NCBI GenBank assembly: GCA_041640595.1
Contig: JBEPZY010000001.1
Coordinates: forward strand, 544,001 to 608,000
Reading direction: 5' to 3'
DNA length: 64,000 bases
DNA from: Gemmatales bacterium
GTDB lineage: Bacteria > Planctomycetota > Planctomycetia > Gemmatales > HRBIN36
Position numbers and translations under genes: made by a program
In this document: positions 31,163-40,668 of the stretch, piece after piece
Layout: every line of letters starts with the position of its first letter
Position numbering within the stretch: position 1 is the stretch's first letter
Notes under the pieces: model-generated
What the model was told of the DNA's origin: nothing
Databases searched by the model: none
What the model saw: the letters and a program-made list of their open reading frames with translations, nothing else

Positions 31163-31224
31163 GCAGCTTTTTCGCTTACTCGAATTTACCACGTGTTCAG
31201 CCGAACCGGCTGCCGCTTCGACAT

Positions 31225-32001
31225 TCACCGCGTGCCTGGAAACATCGGAGGTGTCTGTTTGCTGGTTTGCGTCTCGCTAGCCGAGGGCGGTTGGGCCTCG
31301 GGACTGTTTCCGCCCTCGAAGTCACGCCAGCGGTAACCGACGCCCCGCACGGTCTCAATGTTCGATCCAGCCTCGCCAAGTTTTCGGCGAAGCGACTTGA
31401 TATGCACGTCCACCGTGCGTTCCAGGACCATGTCTGCATCCCCGCCGGCTGCTTCCAGCAATTCCGTGCGGTTGAAGGCTCGCCCTGGCTGTTGGAGAAA
31501 CACTTCCAGGAGCCGGAACTCCGTCGGCGTGAGATGCACCGGCTGGTCACGAACGAACGCACGCCTGCTGCGTCGGTCGAGACGCACTATTCCGTGCACG
31601 AATACCTGCACTCCTTCTTCGCTGCCAGCCCGTCGCAGCAATGCTCGTATTCGCTGAATGAGCACCTTGACGCTGAACGGTTTGGTCACGTAATCATCTG
31701 CTCCGGCCGCCAGGCCGACAATCTGGTCCACTTCTTCACTGCGGGCGGTCAGCATCAGAATGGGCACTCGAGTGGTCGCCGGGTCCTGACGCAGCAGACG
31801 ACAGACTTCCACACCATCGAGGCCGGGCAACATCAAATCCAAGATAACCACATCCGGCGGTTGCAGTTGTGCCATGCGCACTGCTTCACGTCCATCTCCA
31901 CACCACATAACCTCGAAGTTCTCTCGCGTCAGGTTGTAGCGTAACACCTCAACCAGCCCGGGGTCATCTTCTACGAGTAAAATCCGTGCCGGCATGACCA
32001 A
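31225..32001 (-). CDS. phoB: OmpR/PhoB family response regulator, probably PhoB
   Basis: LLVEDD, ILDLMLP, GADDYVTKPF, LTPTEFRLL, RTVDVHIKSLRRKL, IETVRGVGY; follows phoU directly. Confidence 0.85.
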   Translation of the reverse strand: MVMPARILLVEDDPGLVEVLRYNLTRENFEVMWCGDGREAVRMAQLQPPDVVILDLMLPGLDGVEVCRLLRQDPATTRVPILMLTARSEEVDQIVGLAAGADDYVTKPFSVKVLIQRIRALLRRAGSEEGVQVFVHGIVRLDRRSRRAFVRDQPVHLTPTEFRLLEVFLQQPGRAFNRTELLEAAGGDADMVLERTVDVHIKSLRRKLGEAGSNIETVRGVGYRWRDFEGGNSPEAQPPSASETQTSKQTPPMFPGTR

Positions 32002-32020
32002 AAGCTCCCGATTTGGCTTA

Positions 32021-32701
32021 TCATGGCCTTTCGATCAGTGCTTCCGGATGATGGCGAATAATTTGCCCTTCCACCATATACACTACGTCTTCAGCGATAT
32101 TGGTGGCGTGGTCGGCTATTCGCTCCAGATGCCGCGATGCTGAAAAAAGGTTCAAGCCCGGTTCGATGTTGTCCGGTGATTGTTTCATCATCTGAATAAG
32201 GTGCTGAATAATCTCGCGGTTGACGCCATCCACCTGCTCATCCATACGGCAGATTTCTCGGGCCAGATGTGCATCCATGCGAACAAAAGAATCCAGACTT
32301 TCTCGCACCATGTAGGTAGCCATGTCGGTCATACGACGAAATTGCGGCGGGATGGGGAGCAAAACCGCTCCACGCAGGAAGGCAACTGCACGTTCGGCAA
32401 TGTTAATGGCCAGATCGCCCATACGCTCCAGGTCGGTGTTGATTTTGAGAATACCCGCAGTTCGGCGTAAATCGCGCGCCACCGGCTGATGCAGCGCCAG
32501 AATCTTCAAACATTCCTCCTCAACCGCATTCTCCTCCAAATCAATTTCGGTATCCACGTCTCGCTCCAACAATTCAATGGCCAGCTCGATCTGTCTTTCG
32601 CACAATGCCCGAACGGCCTGTTCCACGGTATCCACGACCTTCCAGGCCAGCTTGGTAATACGTTCCTGCAGCTTTTCCAGGTCGCGTTGCAAATGAACCA
32701 T
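32021..32701 (-). CDS. phoU: Phosphate signalling protein PhoU
   Basis: LALHQPVARDLR, DLERMGDLAINIAE and HLERIADHATNIAEDVVY repeats. Confidence 0.96.
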   Translation of the reverse strand: MVHLQRDLEKLQERITKLAWKVVDTVEQAVRALCERQIELAIELLERDVDTEIDLEENAVEEECLKILALHQPVARDLRRTAGILKINTDLERMGDLAINIAERAVAFLRGAVLLPIPPQFRRMTDMATYMVRESLDSFVRMDAHLAREICRMDEQVDGVNREIIQHLIQMMKQSPDNIEPGLNLFSASRHLERIADHATNIAEDVVYMVEGQIIRHHPEALIERP

Positions 32702-32732
32702 CTTTTGTGTTCCTTAGTTGTCGTTCCAATAA

Positions 32733-32767
32733 CCACCGGTCACCGGCCACTAGTCACCGGCCACTGG
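32733..32767. repeat. Tandem heptamer array, 5 x YCACYRG
   Basis: CCACCGG TCACCGG CCACTAG TCACCGG CCACTGG read directly from the sequence. Confidence 0.85.
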
Positions 32768-33040
32768 TCTTCGCTCCGGGTTGCTCGAGCTGACAACGGC
32801 ACAGGTCAGCCCGGGCATTTTATCCGATTCTCCGACTGGCCGCACCCCTGCAGCTAGACCGCTGGTCAGCAGTCATCCGAGGGTTATTGCTATGGCTCAG
32901 TCTGAGGGCTCACCTTTGATTTACGCAGCCGGGCAAGCCGTGGCATTATTTGTGTGCTTCTGGGACTGTGTGGAAGACGATTTTGCTTAGTCCTGCGGGC
33001 AAATAACACCCCGGATGTTCAGGGCAGAACAACCGCAGGC

Positions 33041-33877
33041 CTAGCCGAACCTCCCGGTAATGTAATCTTCCGTTTCTTTGCGCGTGGGACGGGTGAAAAG
33101 TTGATCGGTTGGCCCCATTTCGATAAGTCGGCCATTGTAAAAGAAGGCAGTTTCGTCAGAGATCCGGGCTGCCTGCTGCATATTGTGCGTCACTATGACA
33201 ATGGTGTAGTTAGCCTTGAGCTCGAAAATCAGGTCTTCGATTTTTGCCGTGGATGTCGGGTCCAGAGCCGAGGCTGGTTCGTCCATCAGTAAAACTTCCG
33301 GGTCAGTCGCCAGTGCACGGGCAATGCACAACCGCTGCTGCTGACCACCGGAGAGAATCATTGCCGACTGGTGCAAACGGTCTTTTACCTCGTCCCATAG
33401 CGCTGCTTTACGCAGGCAGTGCTCCACGATTTGCTCGAGCTGACGACGGTCGCGTATGCCAGCAATTCGCGGACCGTAAGCAACGTTCTCGAAAATGCTT
33501 TTCGGGAACGGATTGGACTTTTGGAACACCATGCCTACGCGGCGCCGGAGCGTAACCACGTCCATGCTGCGGTGATAAATATCCTGCCCGTCAAGCAATA
33601 CAGTACCGCTGAACCGGGTATTTTCCAGAACCTCATTCATGCGGTTGAGTAAACGCAGAAACGTGGATTTGCCACAACCGGACGGCCCTATAAGGGCTGT
33701 AACGCGGTTCTCCCGAATGTCCATGTTGATGTCGAACAGTACCTGCGTCTCTCCGTACCAGAAATTGGCGTCGCGAACGCTGATTTTCACCCTGGACGGG
33801 ACCGAAGAGTTTTCTGTCGCATCCTGGGCTTGGAGGCGTACGATCGGAGGCAAGGAGATTGGCACACTGGACCTCAT
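33041..33877 (-). CDS. pstB: Phosphate ABC transporter ATP-binding protein PstB
   Basis: [66 protein letters not shown]. Confidence 0.97.
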   Translation of the reverse strand: MRSSVPISLPPIVRLQAQDATENSSVPSRVKISVRDANFWYGETQVLFDINMDIRENRVTALIGPSGCGKSTFLRLLNRMNEVLENTRFSGTVLLDGQDIYHRSMDVVTLRRRVGMVFQKSNPFPKSIFENVAYGPRIAGIRDRRQLEQIVEHCLRKAALWDEVKDRLHQSAMILSGGQQQRLCIARALATDPEVLLMDEPASALDPTSTAKIEDLIFELKANYTIVIVTHNMQQAARISDETAFFYNGRLIEMGPTDQLFTRPTRKETEDYITGRFG

Positions 33878-34037
33878 CGTCAGGCAGAGAGCTTACCACC
33901 ATCCATTTCGCCTATCGCTCCCATCGGCGTGTCTGCTTCACGACCGCATAAAGCAAATGCGATTCTTCCTGCCGGGGCCTCACATTTCGGCTTACGGGTT
34001 GACCCAGGGTGAGTATATAGACATTAGCCGCAGCATG

Positions 34038-34066
34038 TGTGAAGATATTGTGTAAACATTGTGAAG
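34038..34066 (-). promoter_or_regulatory. Pho-box-like triple direct repeat upstream of pstB
   Basis: Minus strand reads CTTCACA-atgt-TTACACA-atat-CTTCACA (exact 11-bp period), about 160 bp upstream of pstB. Candidate -10 hexamers TAATGT (34021-34026) and TATACT (34012-34017) lie downstream. Confidence 0.7.
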
Positions 34067-34351
34067 ATGCGGTTCCGGCTGGCCAGCAAAGAACTTGCGT
34101 TTCGGGGTTAACACAACCTTTGCGGTGCTTTGGCCGTTGGCAACCCGCCTTTTATTTACAGCCAGCGAGAGGTTGCATCTCTGAATAAGGGCGACGCTTT
34201 CCCGATTTCCAACACGGTTGTATTTTGTATTTTCTCGATTTGCCATTGACAGGGCACAAACTCACAGTATGTGCGGGGCTGAATATCGCAGCATCTCGAG
34301 CAGTTGGTCAGCACAACTTCACAACCGCCAAAAATGGAGGAAATAGCCACG

Positions 34352-34729
34352 ATGAAGAGGATTTTTGTCATTCTGGCAATATGGGCACTGTCGGAAGGAC
34401 TAGCTAATGCGCAAAATGTGGCGACTCCTGGTCGGGCACCGCGTCTGGAAACGGGAGCTGCAGCATCGGCGAACACGCTGATCGGTTCCGCACCGCGGTT
34501 AGGGCCGGTATCCGGCCGCACGGGTACCGTGAACGTTCCTGTGGATGTAACTCGCAACAGTGTGGTGCCTCTCCACCTGGTGCAGGGAAGAACAGTATCA
34601 CCGCGACCGCCGACGCTACTGGATCGGTTGGCACAATTGCTGCCTTTTGCCGCTCGCACCGGTGCTTCCGTGGTAGCACCGGAAGCCGTTATCCTCCACG
34701 ACAGCCTGCCCAATGTTACCATCAAATAG
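34352..34729 (+). CDS. Hypothetical secreted protein
   Basis: GGAGG RBS; signal-peptide-like MKRIFVILAIWALSEGLANA; low-complexity mature part. Confidence 0.6.
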   Translation: MKRIFVILAIWALSEGLANAQNVATPGRAPRLETGAAASANTLIGSAPRLGPVSGRTGTVNVPVDVTRNSVVPLHLVQGRTVSPRPPTLLDRLAQLLPFAARTGASVVAPEAVILHDSLPNVTIK

Positions 34730-34821
34730 GGCTTCTATGGGCCTTACGGCAGCTCCGCAGCCACGGCAGTTCCACGGATTGACACCTAGAATACTTGACG
34801 GACGCTGCGGAGGTGGTCAGC

Positions 34822-35400
34822 ATGCCGTATTATGTCCGGATTATCGGAGGGGAGTTGCGCGGTCGCCGGTTGCGTGTGGTAACCGAGCCGCCAGAATTAC
34901 GCCCGATTGCCGACCGTGCCCGCGAAGGATTGTTTAACATTCTGCGTCGCTGGGATACTGAGCGCCCGTTTGTGGATGTGTTCGCCGGTAGTGGCTCTGT
35001 TGGAATCGAGGCTTTGAGCCGTGGTGCGAAAGAAGTGCTATTTGTCGAACAACATCCTCGCCTGACGCGGCTACTGCAGGAGCAATTACAGGAGTTGCAG
35101 CTGGAGCAGCGCGGCTGGGTGTTGCGTGCGGATGCCTATCGCTGGGCCAGGCATTGGATACCTCCCTCCGAACCGGTTACTGTTTTTCTCGGCCCGCCGT
35201 ATGCCGACTTCGTACGCCGTAGCGACGAAATACTGGAGTTGATTCGTACATTGCAACAGAAGCTACCGCCCGACTCGGTTCTGGTCGTGCAGACCGACCG
35301 ACTGTATCCAGCGCAGAACCTGCCGGACTCGCAACACTGGGACGTCCGTTGCTACGGAAGAACCCAGATCTGCCTGTGGCACAAACCAGAACATGTCTGA
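34822..35400 (+). CDS. rsmD: RsmD family 16S rRNA m2G966 methyltransferase
   Basis: GGAGGT RBS; VRIIGGELRGRRL, LRP..DRAREGLFNIL, DVFAGSGSVGIEALSRGA, FLGPPY, RCYGRT. Confidence 0.88.
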   Translation: MPYYVRIIGGELRGRRLRVVTEPPELRPIADRAREGLFNILRRWDTERPFVDVFAGSGSVGIEALSRGAKEVLFVEQHPRLTRLLQEQLQELQLEQRGWVLRADAYRWARHWIPPSEPVTVFLGPPYADFVRRSDEILELIRTLQQKLPPDSVLVVQTDRLYPAQNLPDSQHWDVRCYGRTQICLWHKPEHV

Positions 35401-36997
35401 CAACCCGTCGGCATTACCAAATTCAACGCGTTCTTCAGGAAACGACACCCGCGGTGGGGCGGACGAACGTGTTTCGTCTCAGCGCGATGAACAGGCGAGG
35501 CAGTTTGCTCTACAGGTGGTTCGGCGCTTGCGTGAAGCTGGATACGAAGCATACTGGGCTGGGGGTTGTGTTCGCGATTATCTCCTTGGACTGACGCCTC
35601 ATGACTATGACGTAGCCACAAGTGCCAGGCCTGAAGAAGTGCAGCGTTTGTTCCGCCGCACCGTGACCGTTGGAGCCAGTTTCGGAGTGGTCGAAGTATT
35701 AGGGCCTCGAGTGGATGGCGAAACCATTAGCGTTCAGGTAGCCACTTTCCGCAGTGAAGGCCCGTATTCGGACGGTCGGCATCCGGATTCGGTCATTTTT
35801 ACCAACGCCGTACAGGACGCTCAGCGCCGGGATTTTACCATCAACGGTCTGTTCTACGACCCGCTCACGGGTCAGGTACTGGATTACGTGGGCGGCAAGC
35901 AGGACTTGCAAGCCCGTATATTGCGAGCCATAGGCAATCCTCGAGAGAGGTTCCAGGAAGATAAGTTGCGCATATTGCGGGCGGTACGCCTGGCAGCCCA
36001 GTTTAACCTCACTATTGAGGGAGAAACCGCCGAGGCTATTCGGGCGATGGCTGACCAGATCACCGTCGTCAGTGCCGAAAGAATTGCGGAGGAGTTACGC
36101 CGGCTTCTGACCGGTGCCGGGCGGGTTCGCGGTCTGGAATTGTTGCATGAGTTGGGGTTGCTGTCGCCGATTTTTCCAGAACTCGCCGACATGCCGAAGG
36201 TAATCCTGCCGCAACCGATTGCAGGGCAATCTCGCGTGGATCATCCCCCGGAAGCTCAGGCTGGGTCTTTATCCCAAGACGAATCAACGAGCCAGACGAC
36301 GTTAGCGATTCCTGCCGCAGCAGAACAGGCTGAGAAGACGCTGGAGGGGAAGTGTGATGCTGGGCCAGGGTCGCAAACCCTCTGGGAACACACGTTGCGT
36401 GTGGTCGGATGGTTGCGTGAGCCAGGGTTTCCGCTTTCTTTAGCCGCTTTGTTTCACGACGCCGGCAAGGCAAAGATGGCATCATCCTCGCTCGTGGATA
36501 TGTCCGGCAAGCACAGCGTCCAAAATTCAGCTTTTCCGGAGCACGAAAAAATTGGTGCCGAACTGGTCGAACATGCCGGTCGCCGACTGCGACTGGCTAA
36601 CGCTGAGTGGCAGCGTGCGGCCTGGCTCGTTGCTCACCATCACGCTCTGGACGCACCGTGGAACTTACCGATGCATGTTTTGAAACCCCTGCTGGCCCAC
36701 CCAGCGATCCACGAATTGCTCGAGTTAATCCGGGCCAACCTGCTGGCCCACAATCGGTCTTTGCAACCGATCGCGTTTTGTGAAACCAAACTGCAGGAAT
36801 GGCCGCGGGAGGTGCTGGACCCACCGCCACTGGTGAGCGGAGACGACCTCATTGCCCTCGGCTTGAAACCAGGCCCGATTTTCAAACAACTATTGCAACA
36901 TGTGCGAGAGGCCCAGCTGGACGGCATTATAGCAAGCCGGGAAGAAGCTCTCGAAATGCTTCGCCAGTGGTTACCACAAAATCGGCCATCCGGTTAG
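35393..36997 (+). CDS. cca: Class II tRNA nucleotidyltransferase (CCA-adding) with HD domain
   Basis: GGCVRDYLLG..PHDYDVAT, FRSE..YSDGRHP loop, RRDFTINGL, EDKLRILRA, SAERIAEEL; HD motif HTL...FHDAGK. Confidence 0.88.
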   Translation: MSDNPSALPNSTRSSGNDTRGGADERVSSQRDEQARQFALQVVRRLREAGYEAYWAGGCVRDYLLGLTPHDYDVATSARPEEVQRLFRRTVTVGASFGVVEVLGPRVDGETISVQVATFRSEGPYSDGRHPDSVIFTNAVQDAQRRDFTINGLFYDPLTGQVLDYVGGKQDLQARILRAIGNPRERFQEDKLRILRAVRLAAQFNLTIEGETAEAIRAMADQITVVSAERIAEELRRLLTGAGRVRGLELLHELGLLSPIFPELADMPKVILPQPIAGQSRVDHPPEAQAGSLSQDESTSQTTLAIPAAAEQAEKTLEGKCDAGPGSQTLWEHTLRVVGWLREPGFPLSLAALFHDAGKAKMASSSLVDMSGKHSVQNSAFPEHEKIGAELVEHAGRRLRLANAEWQRAAWLVAHHHALDAPWNLPMHVLKPLLAHPAIHELLELIRANLLAHNRSLQPIAFCETKLQEWPREVLDPPPLVSGDDLIALGLKPGPIFKQLLQHVREAQLDGIIASREEALEMLRQWLPQNRPSG

Positions 36998-37036
36998 TGG
37001 CGCAGACCAACGCAGTGGCAAAGACCGGCTGCCTTT

Positions 37037-37231
37037 TCAACATCGGGTCGGTCCCGGCTTGACGTGAGGCGGCTCAGCCTGCAGCAATTCGAGGTCTTTG
37101 CGAGCCATCTCATCGTGGATGACCTGGTGCCAGTCGGGGGAGCGTAGCTCCGGCGGTACATAGTTTTCCCGAGCCCAACGGCGTAGGCGTAGTTCCTCGA
37201 TCAGATCAAGCGGTTCGTTGCGGGTGTACAT
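37037..37231 (-). CDS. Small hypothetical protein (64 aa)
   Basis: ATG at 37231 with GAGG RBS; compact motif DLIEELRLRRWARENYVP...WHQVIHDEMARKD, resembling small planctomycete proteins I recall (not verified by search). Confidence 0.7.
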   Translation of the reverse strand: MYTRNEPLDLIEELRLRRWARENYVPPELRSPDWHQVIHDEMARKDLELLQAEPPHVKPGPTRC

Positions 37232-37577
37232 AGCAGACCTCAAATATGTCGCACTTCCAGAATATGGACTCGCAATTCTAGCTGTTCTTCTTCGGTTAGC
37301 AAGAGGGGGACAAAAATTTTCAGCAGTTGAGGCTGCCTCGAAGGTCATCGCTGGCCGCGCTGTCGGTAAAGACGTTGTTTTTGACCGGTTATTACTCGTG
37401 TGGCGAAGCCTGGCACGGGTCGGCGAACGATTGTTTTGCGGATGGGTTCAGCAGCGTATTGATGCGGTGATGCTAATTCACCGCCAGTTGCGTATAAACT
37501 CACGAGGAACCGAAAATCAGTTCGACAGCCTCTTTTTGGGCCTTCAGAAACCGAACAGGGGTGCAAATGGAGCGGCT

Positions 37578-37949
37578 ATGAGCGTTGGTATCGTGCTCAT
37601 TGCACATGGTAGCAGGCGACCTGAGGCGAACGCTGAACTGGAATGGGTTGCCAACCAGCTTCGACAGCGGCATCCGCACTGGTTGGTGCAGTGCGCCTAC
37701 CTGGAAATTGCCGAGCCAACGATCCCGCAAGCCATTGCTTGTTGCGTTGAGAGCGGAGCCGAACAAATCTTACTGGTGCCTTACTTTCTCTCGGCAGGCC
37801 GCCACGTCAGCCAGGACCTGGAGCGTATCCGCAGCCAGGCACAGGAGCAATATCGCAACGTGAATTTCACTCTGGGCAAACCGCTGGGACCCCACGAACT
37901 GCTGGTGCAGCTGTTAGAGCAACGCATTGATGAGGCCCTGAAGAACTAG
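37578..37949 (+). CDS. Small CbiX/SirB family chelatase
   Basis: Start at 37578 (GGAG RBS); LIAHGSR, AYLE...PTI, PYFLSAGRHV..DL and PLGPHELL motifs. Confidence 0.88.
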   Translation: MSVGIVLIAHGSRRPEANAELEWVANQLRQRHPHWLVQCAYLEIAEPTIPQAIACCVESGAEQILLVPYFLSAGRHVSQDLERIRSQAQEQYRNVNFTLGKPLGPHELLVQLLEQRIDEALKN

Positions 37950-38288
37950 CAGGCACATACCGGAACCCGGTAGAAGATAAACACGACGCCATCCTCGACA
38001 GCAACACAATGAAGATGCCATCCGGCAGCAGCATCGGGTATTCAAACCCTGTCGCATAAGTAAAACAGCCGTGCTCGGCGACACTCGTGCGGCTCTGCGA
38101 CGTGCCGGGATGTGCGAATTCCCTCCGGCCGGTTCACCGCCAGGTATCAGCCATTCGCATCACCTGGAGCGCGTCCGGTCTTATGTTTATGGGACGAAGG
38201 CATATACTTCCTTAGACCCGGTGAATTGCAAATTGCAGCGATACCTGGGCGGTAACGCCTGACCAATCAGGTAAAGGGAAAAACGGGC

Positions 38289-40625
38289 ATGCCGGACCAG
38301 AAACGCACAAACACATGGTTTCCTTCGGACTGGCGGCGGATGATTCTGCTGTGGTTCGCCGGGTTGTTATGCCTGACGCTTTCCGAAGCCCATGAGGATG
38401 AGCATGAGTCGGCTTTGGCTAACAAAGGGGTGCATGTCGAACGTGATATCGTTCTGCTGGAAAAACCGGCTTACGAAGCTCTGGGGCCGGAACTGGCGTC
38501 GGTGCAAAGACGCACGTTGACCCGAACAGTATTGGCTACGGGGAATCTGGTAGTTTCCCCCGCTGCACGGGCCTGGATTAGCACCTGGCTCCCAGGCCGA
38601 GTCGAGCAAATTGCCGTTGAATTAGGCCAGTCGGTAAAGGCCGGGCAAATTGTTGCCTGGATCCGCAGCAGCGAGTGGGAACGGCTTGTCGCCAATTTAT
38701 CCGTGGCGGCTACGGAAGAAGAAGCGGCCCGATTGGAATGGCAAAGGATAGATGGCTTGTATCGCGACGGTCTCGCCTCACGCCGTGAATGGTTAGAAGC
38801 GCGGGCACGCTGGCAGGAAAAGCAAAATACCGTTCTGGTCAATCGGCTGCAGGTAATGGCGGTGGCAGGAGAATTGGCAAATCCCGGCTCGTTCCTGCCA
38901 GTTCGCAGTCCGATCACTGGGCGTGTCGTTCGGATTTTCAGTGCAGTAGGCCGCGAAGTCGAGCCACAACATCCGATTATGGAAATCCTCGGTGACCAGC
39001 CTTTATGGTTTCGAGCGCAGGTACCCCAGTATTACACGCCGCTGGTGCAAATCGGACAAACGGCTCGGGTGCGATTACGGGCGATGGGCCAGGCCGAACC
39101 GTGGCAGGCAACGGTTTTCGCATGCAGCGGGCGTATCGATCCAAAAACCCTGACCGAAACCGTCTGGCTCAGTTTTACTTCGCAGCCGAAAGTCAATCTC
39201 CAGGCTGGCCTGCAAGGCATCGCCCAAATCGAGGTCGAGCGGCGGGAGAATGTACTGGCGGTACCCGCTTCCGCTGTGGTTCGCGAAGGGATGGAAACTT
39301 ACGTTTTTGTGCGCAGAAATCCCGAGGAATGCCCCGATTGTTGTCCTGAACCAGACCACTCACACTCCCCTAATCATGCCACATTTCAGCCGGAAGCTGC
39401 ATTTGAGCGTGTTGCTTTCCTGGCCGGGCTGGAAACCCCGGACTGGGTCGAAGTGAAAGAAGGCCTGTCTGAAAGCCAGCAGGTGGTACTGACGGGTCGT
39501 CACCAATTGGCGGTGCTGCTACCACCCCAGGGAGACGGGGAGTTTCGCGTCAGCAATCTGGCCTGGAAACAAAGCGGTTTGCGTGTCGAACCGGTCAGTT
39601 TCCAGGTGATATCGCCCACGGTCAGCCTGGAAGCTCGCATAGCCGCTCTGCCGACGGCATTGCAGGCAATCCACCTGCCGCTAGCCGGGAAACTGCATCG
39701 TTTGCTGTTGACGACCCCAACGCCGGTACGAGCGGGGCAACCGATAGCGGAGTTTCAAAGCCTGGAATCGCAGCAATGGCAACTGGCCTGGTTGCAAGCA
39801 GAACTGACCGCTCGAGCGCAACGGGAAATCGTCAAGGGTTACCGCGAGCTCCTGGCTGCAGGAGCACCTTTACCAGAACAAGTAGTCCGAAACGCCGAAC
39901 TGGCAGCTCAATCGGCGGAAACCCAGGCAGCCAGCTGGAAACATCGTTTGACGCAGTGGCTGGGCCTAGACGAGGCACAACTCGAGGCCGTGCTTCAAAA
40001 GCGAGAGTTAATCCCATTGCTCACACTACGTGCACCGCGAGATGGTTGGCTGATCCCTGCCGAGCTGGCCATGGGCCAGTTCGTGAGCCCGAACGAGTCC
40101 GTAGCCGAACTTCTACCTATGCAGGGCTGGCATGTTCGCGCTCGGGTGCCAGAACCGATGTGGAACCTGCTGCGGCCTGGAGCTAAGGCAAGGTTTCGTC
40201 CCGCACTCACTGGACGGCCTACCTGGCTGGCGCAGGTCACACGCCTGGAAGACCTCGCGGATGAGAATGGCCAGCGTTTGGCCTGGGTACAGCTACTGGA
40301 TGCACCGGCGTCGGTGCCTGAAAACCTCGCCGGTATGCTGAGCGTCGAACTTCCAGAAAACGGTCAGGCCAGATTGGCTGTGCCGATATCGGCAATCTGG
40401 TGGGAAGGCAGCGAATCTGCCGTATTCGTTTATCACCGTGATCGCGATATTTTCGAGTACCGTCCAGTGCGAATTGGACAGCGAAACGATATGTGGGCCG
40501 AGATTATTCACGGATTGCATGCTGGCGAGGAGATTGCCGTCACGTGCATTCCCGACTTGCGTCGCCACTACGGACGATTGCGCTTATCCGGTCAAGGGGT
40601 TTATCGTGACCACTGCCGCGACTGA
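38289..40625 (+). CDS. RND efflux periplasmic adaptor with two tandem MFP modules
   Basis: Two repeats of the MFP pattern (GRVEQI.VELGQSVKAGQ / VRSPITG / AVPASAVV...VFV / EVKEGL; then GKLHRL..VRAGQPI / LRAPRDG / AVPISAI...VFV / EIIHGL). Confidence 0.85.
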   Translation: MPDQKRTNTWFPSDWRRMILLWFAGLLCLTLSEAHEDEHESALANKGVHVERDIVLLEKPAYEALGPELASVQRRTLTRTVLATGNLVVSPAARAWISTWLPGRVEQIAVELGQSVKAGQIVAWIRSSEWERLVANLSVAATEEEAARLEWQRIDGLYRDGLASRREWLEARARWQEKQNTVLVNRLQVMAVAGELANPGSFLPVRSPITGRVVRIFSAVGREVEPQHPIMEILGDQPLWFRAQVPQYYTPLVQIGQTARVRLRAMGQAEPWQATVFACSGRIDPKTLTETVWLSFTSQPKVNLQAGLQGIAQIEVERRENVLAVPASAVVREGMETYVFVRRNPEECPDCCPEPDHSHSPNHATFQPEAAFERVAFLAGLETPDWVEVKEGLSESQQVVLTGRHQLAVLLPPQGDGEFRVSNLAWKQSGLRVEPVSFQVISPTVSLEARIAALPTALQAIHLPLAGKLHRLLLTTPTPVRAGQPIAEFQSLESQQWQLAWLQAELTARAQREIVKGYRELLAAGAPLPEQVVRNAELAAQSAETQAASWKHRLTQWLGLDEAQLEAVLQKRELIPLLTLRAPRDGWLIPAELAMGQFVSPNESVAELLPMQGWHVRARVPEPMWNLLRPGAKARFRPALTGRPTWLAQVTRLEDLADENGQRLAWVQLLDAPASVPENLAGMLSVELPENGQARLAVPISAIWWEGSESAVFVYHRDRDIFEYRPVRIGQRNDMWAEIIHGLHAGEEIAVTCIPDLRRHYGRLRLSGQGVYRDHCRD

Positions 40626-40668
40626 TTAGACCTGGTGGTGCGGCTAATACTTCCACGGAGCCGACGCT

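Noticed and set aside
31081..31944. 287-aa plus-strand ORF
   Set aside because: Antisense shadow of phoB.
32733..32767. CRISPR array
   Set aside because: 7-bp units with no spacers and no cas genes.
37232..38288. Cobalamin riboswitch or Zur/Fur box near the chelatase and RND genes (AATTGCAAATTGCA at ~38224)
   Set aside because: No B12-box elements found; the short repeat matches no operator I can name with confidence.
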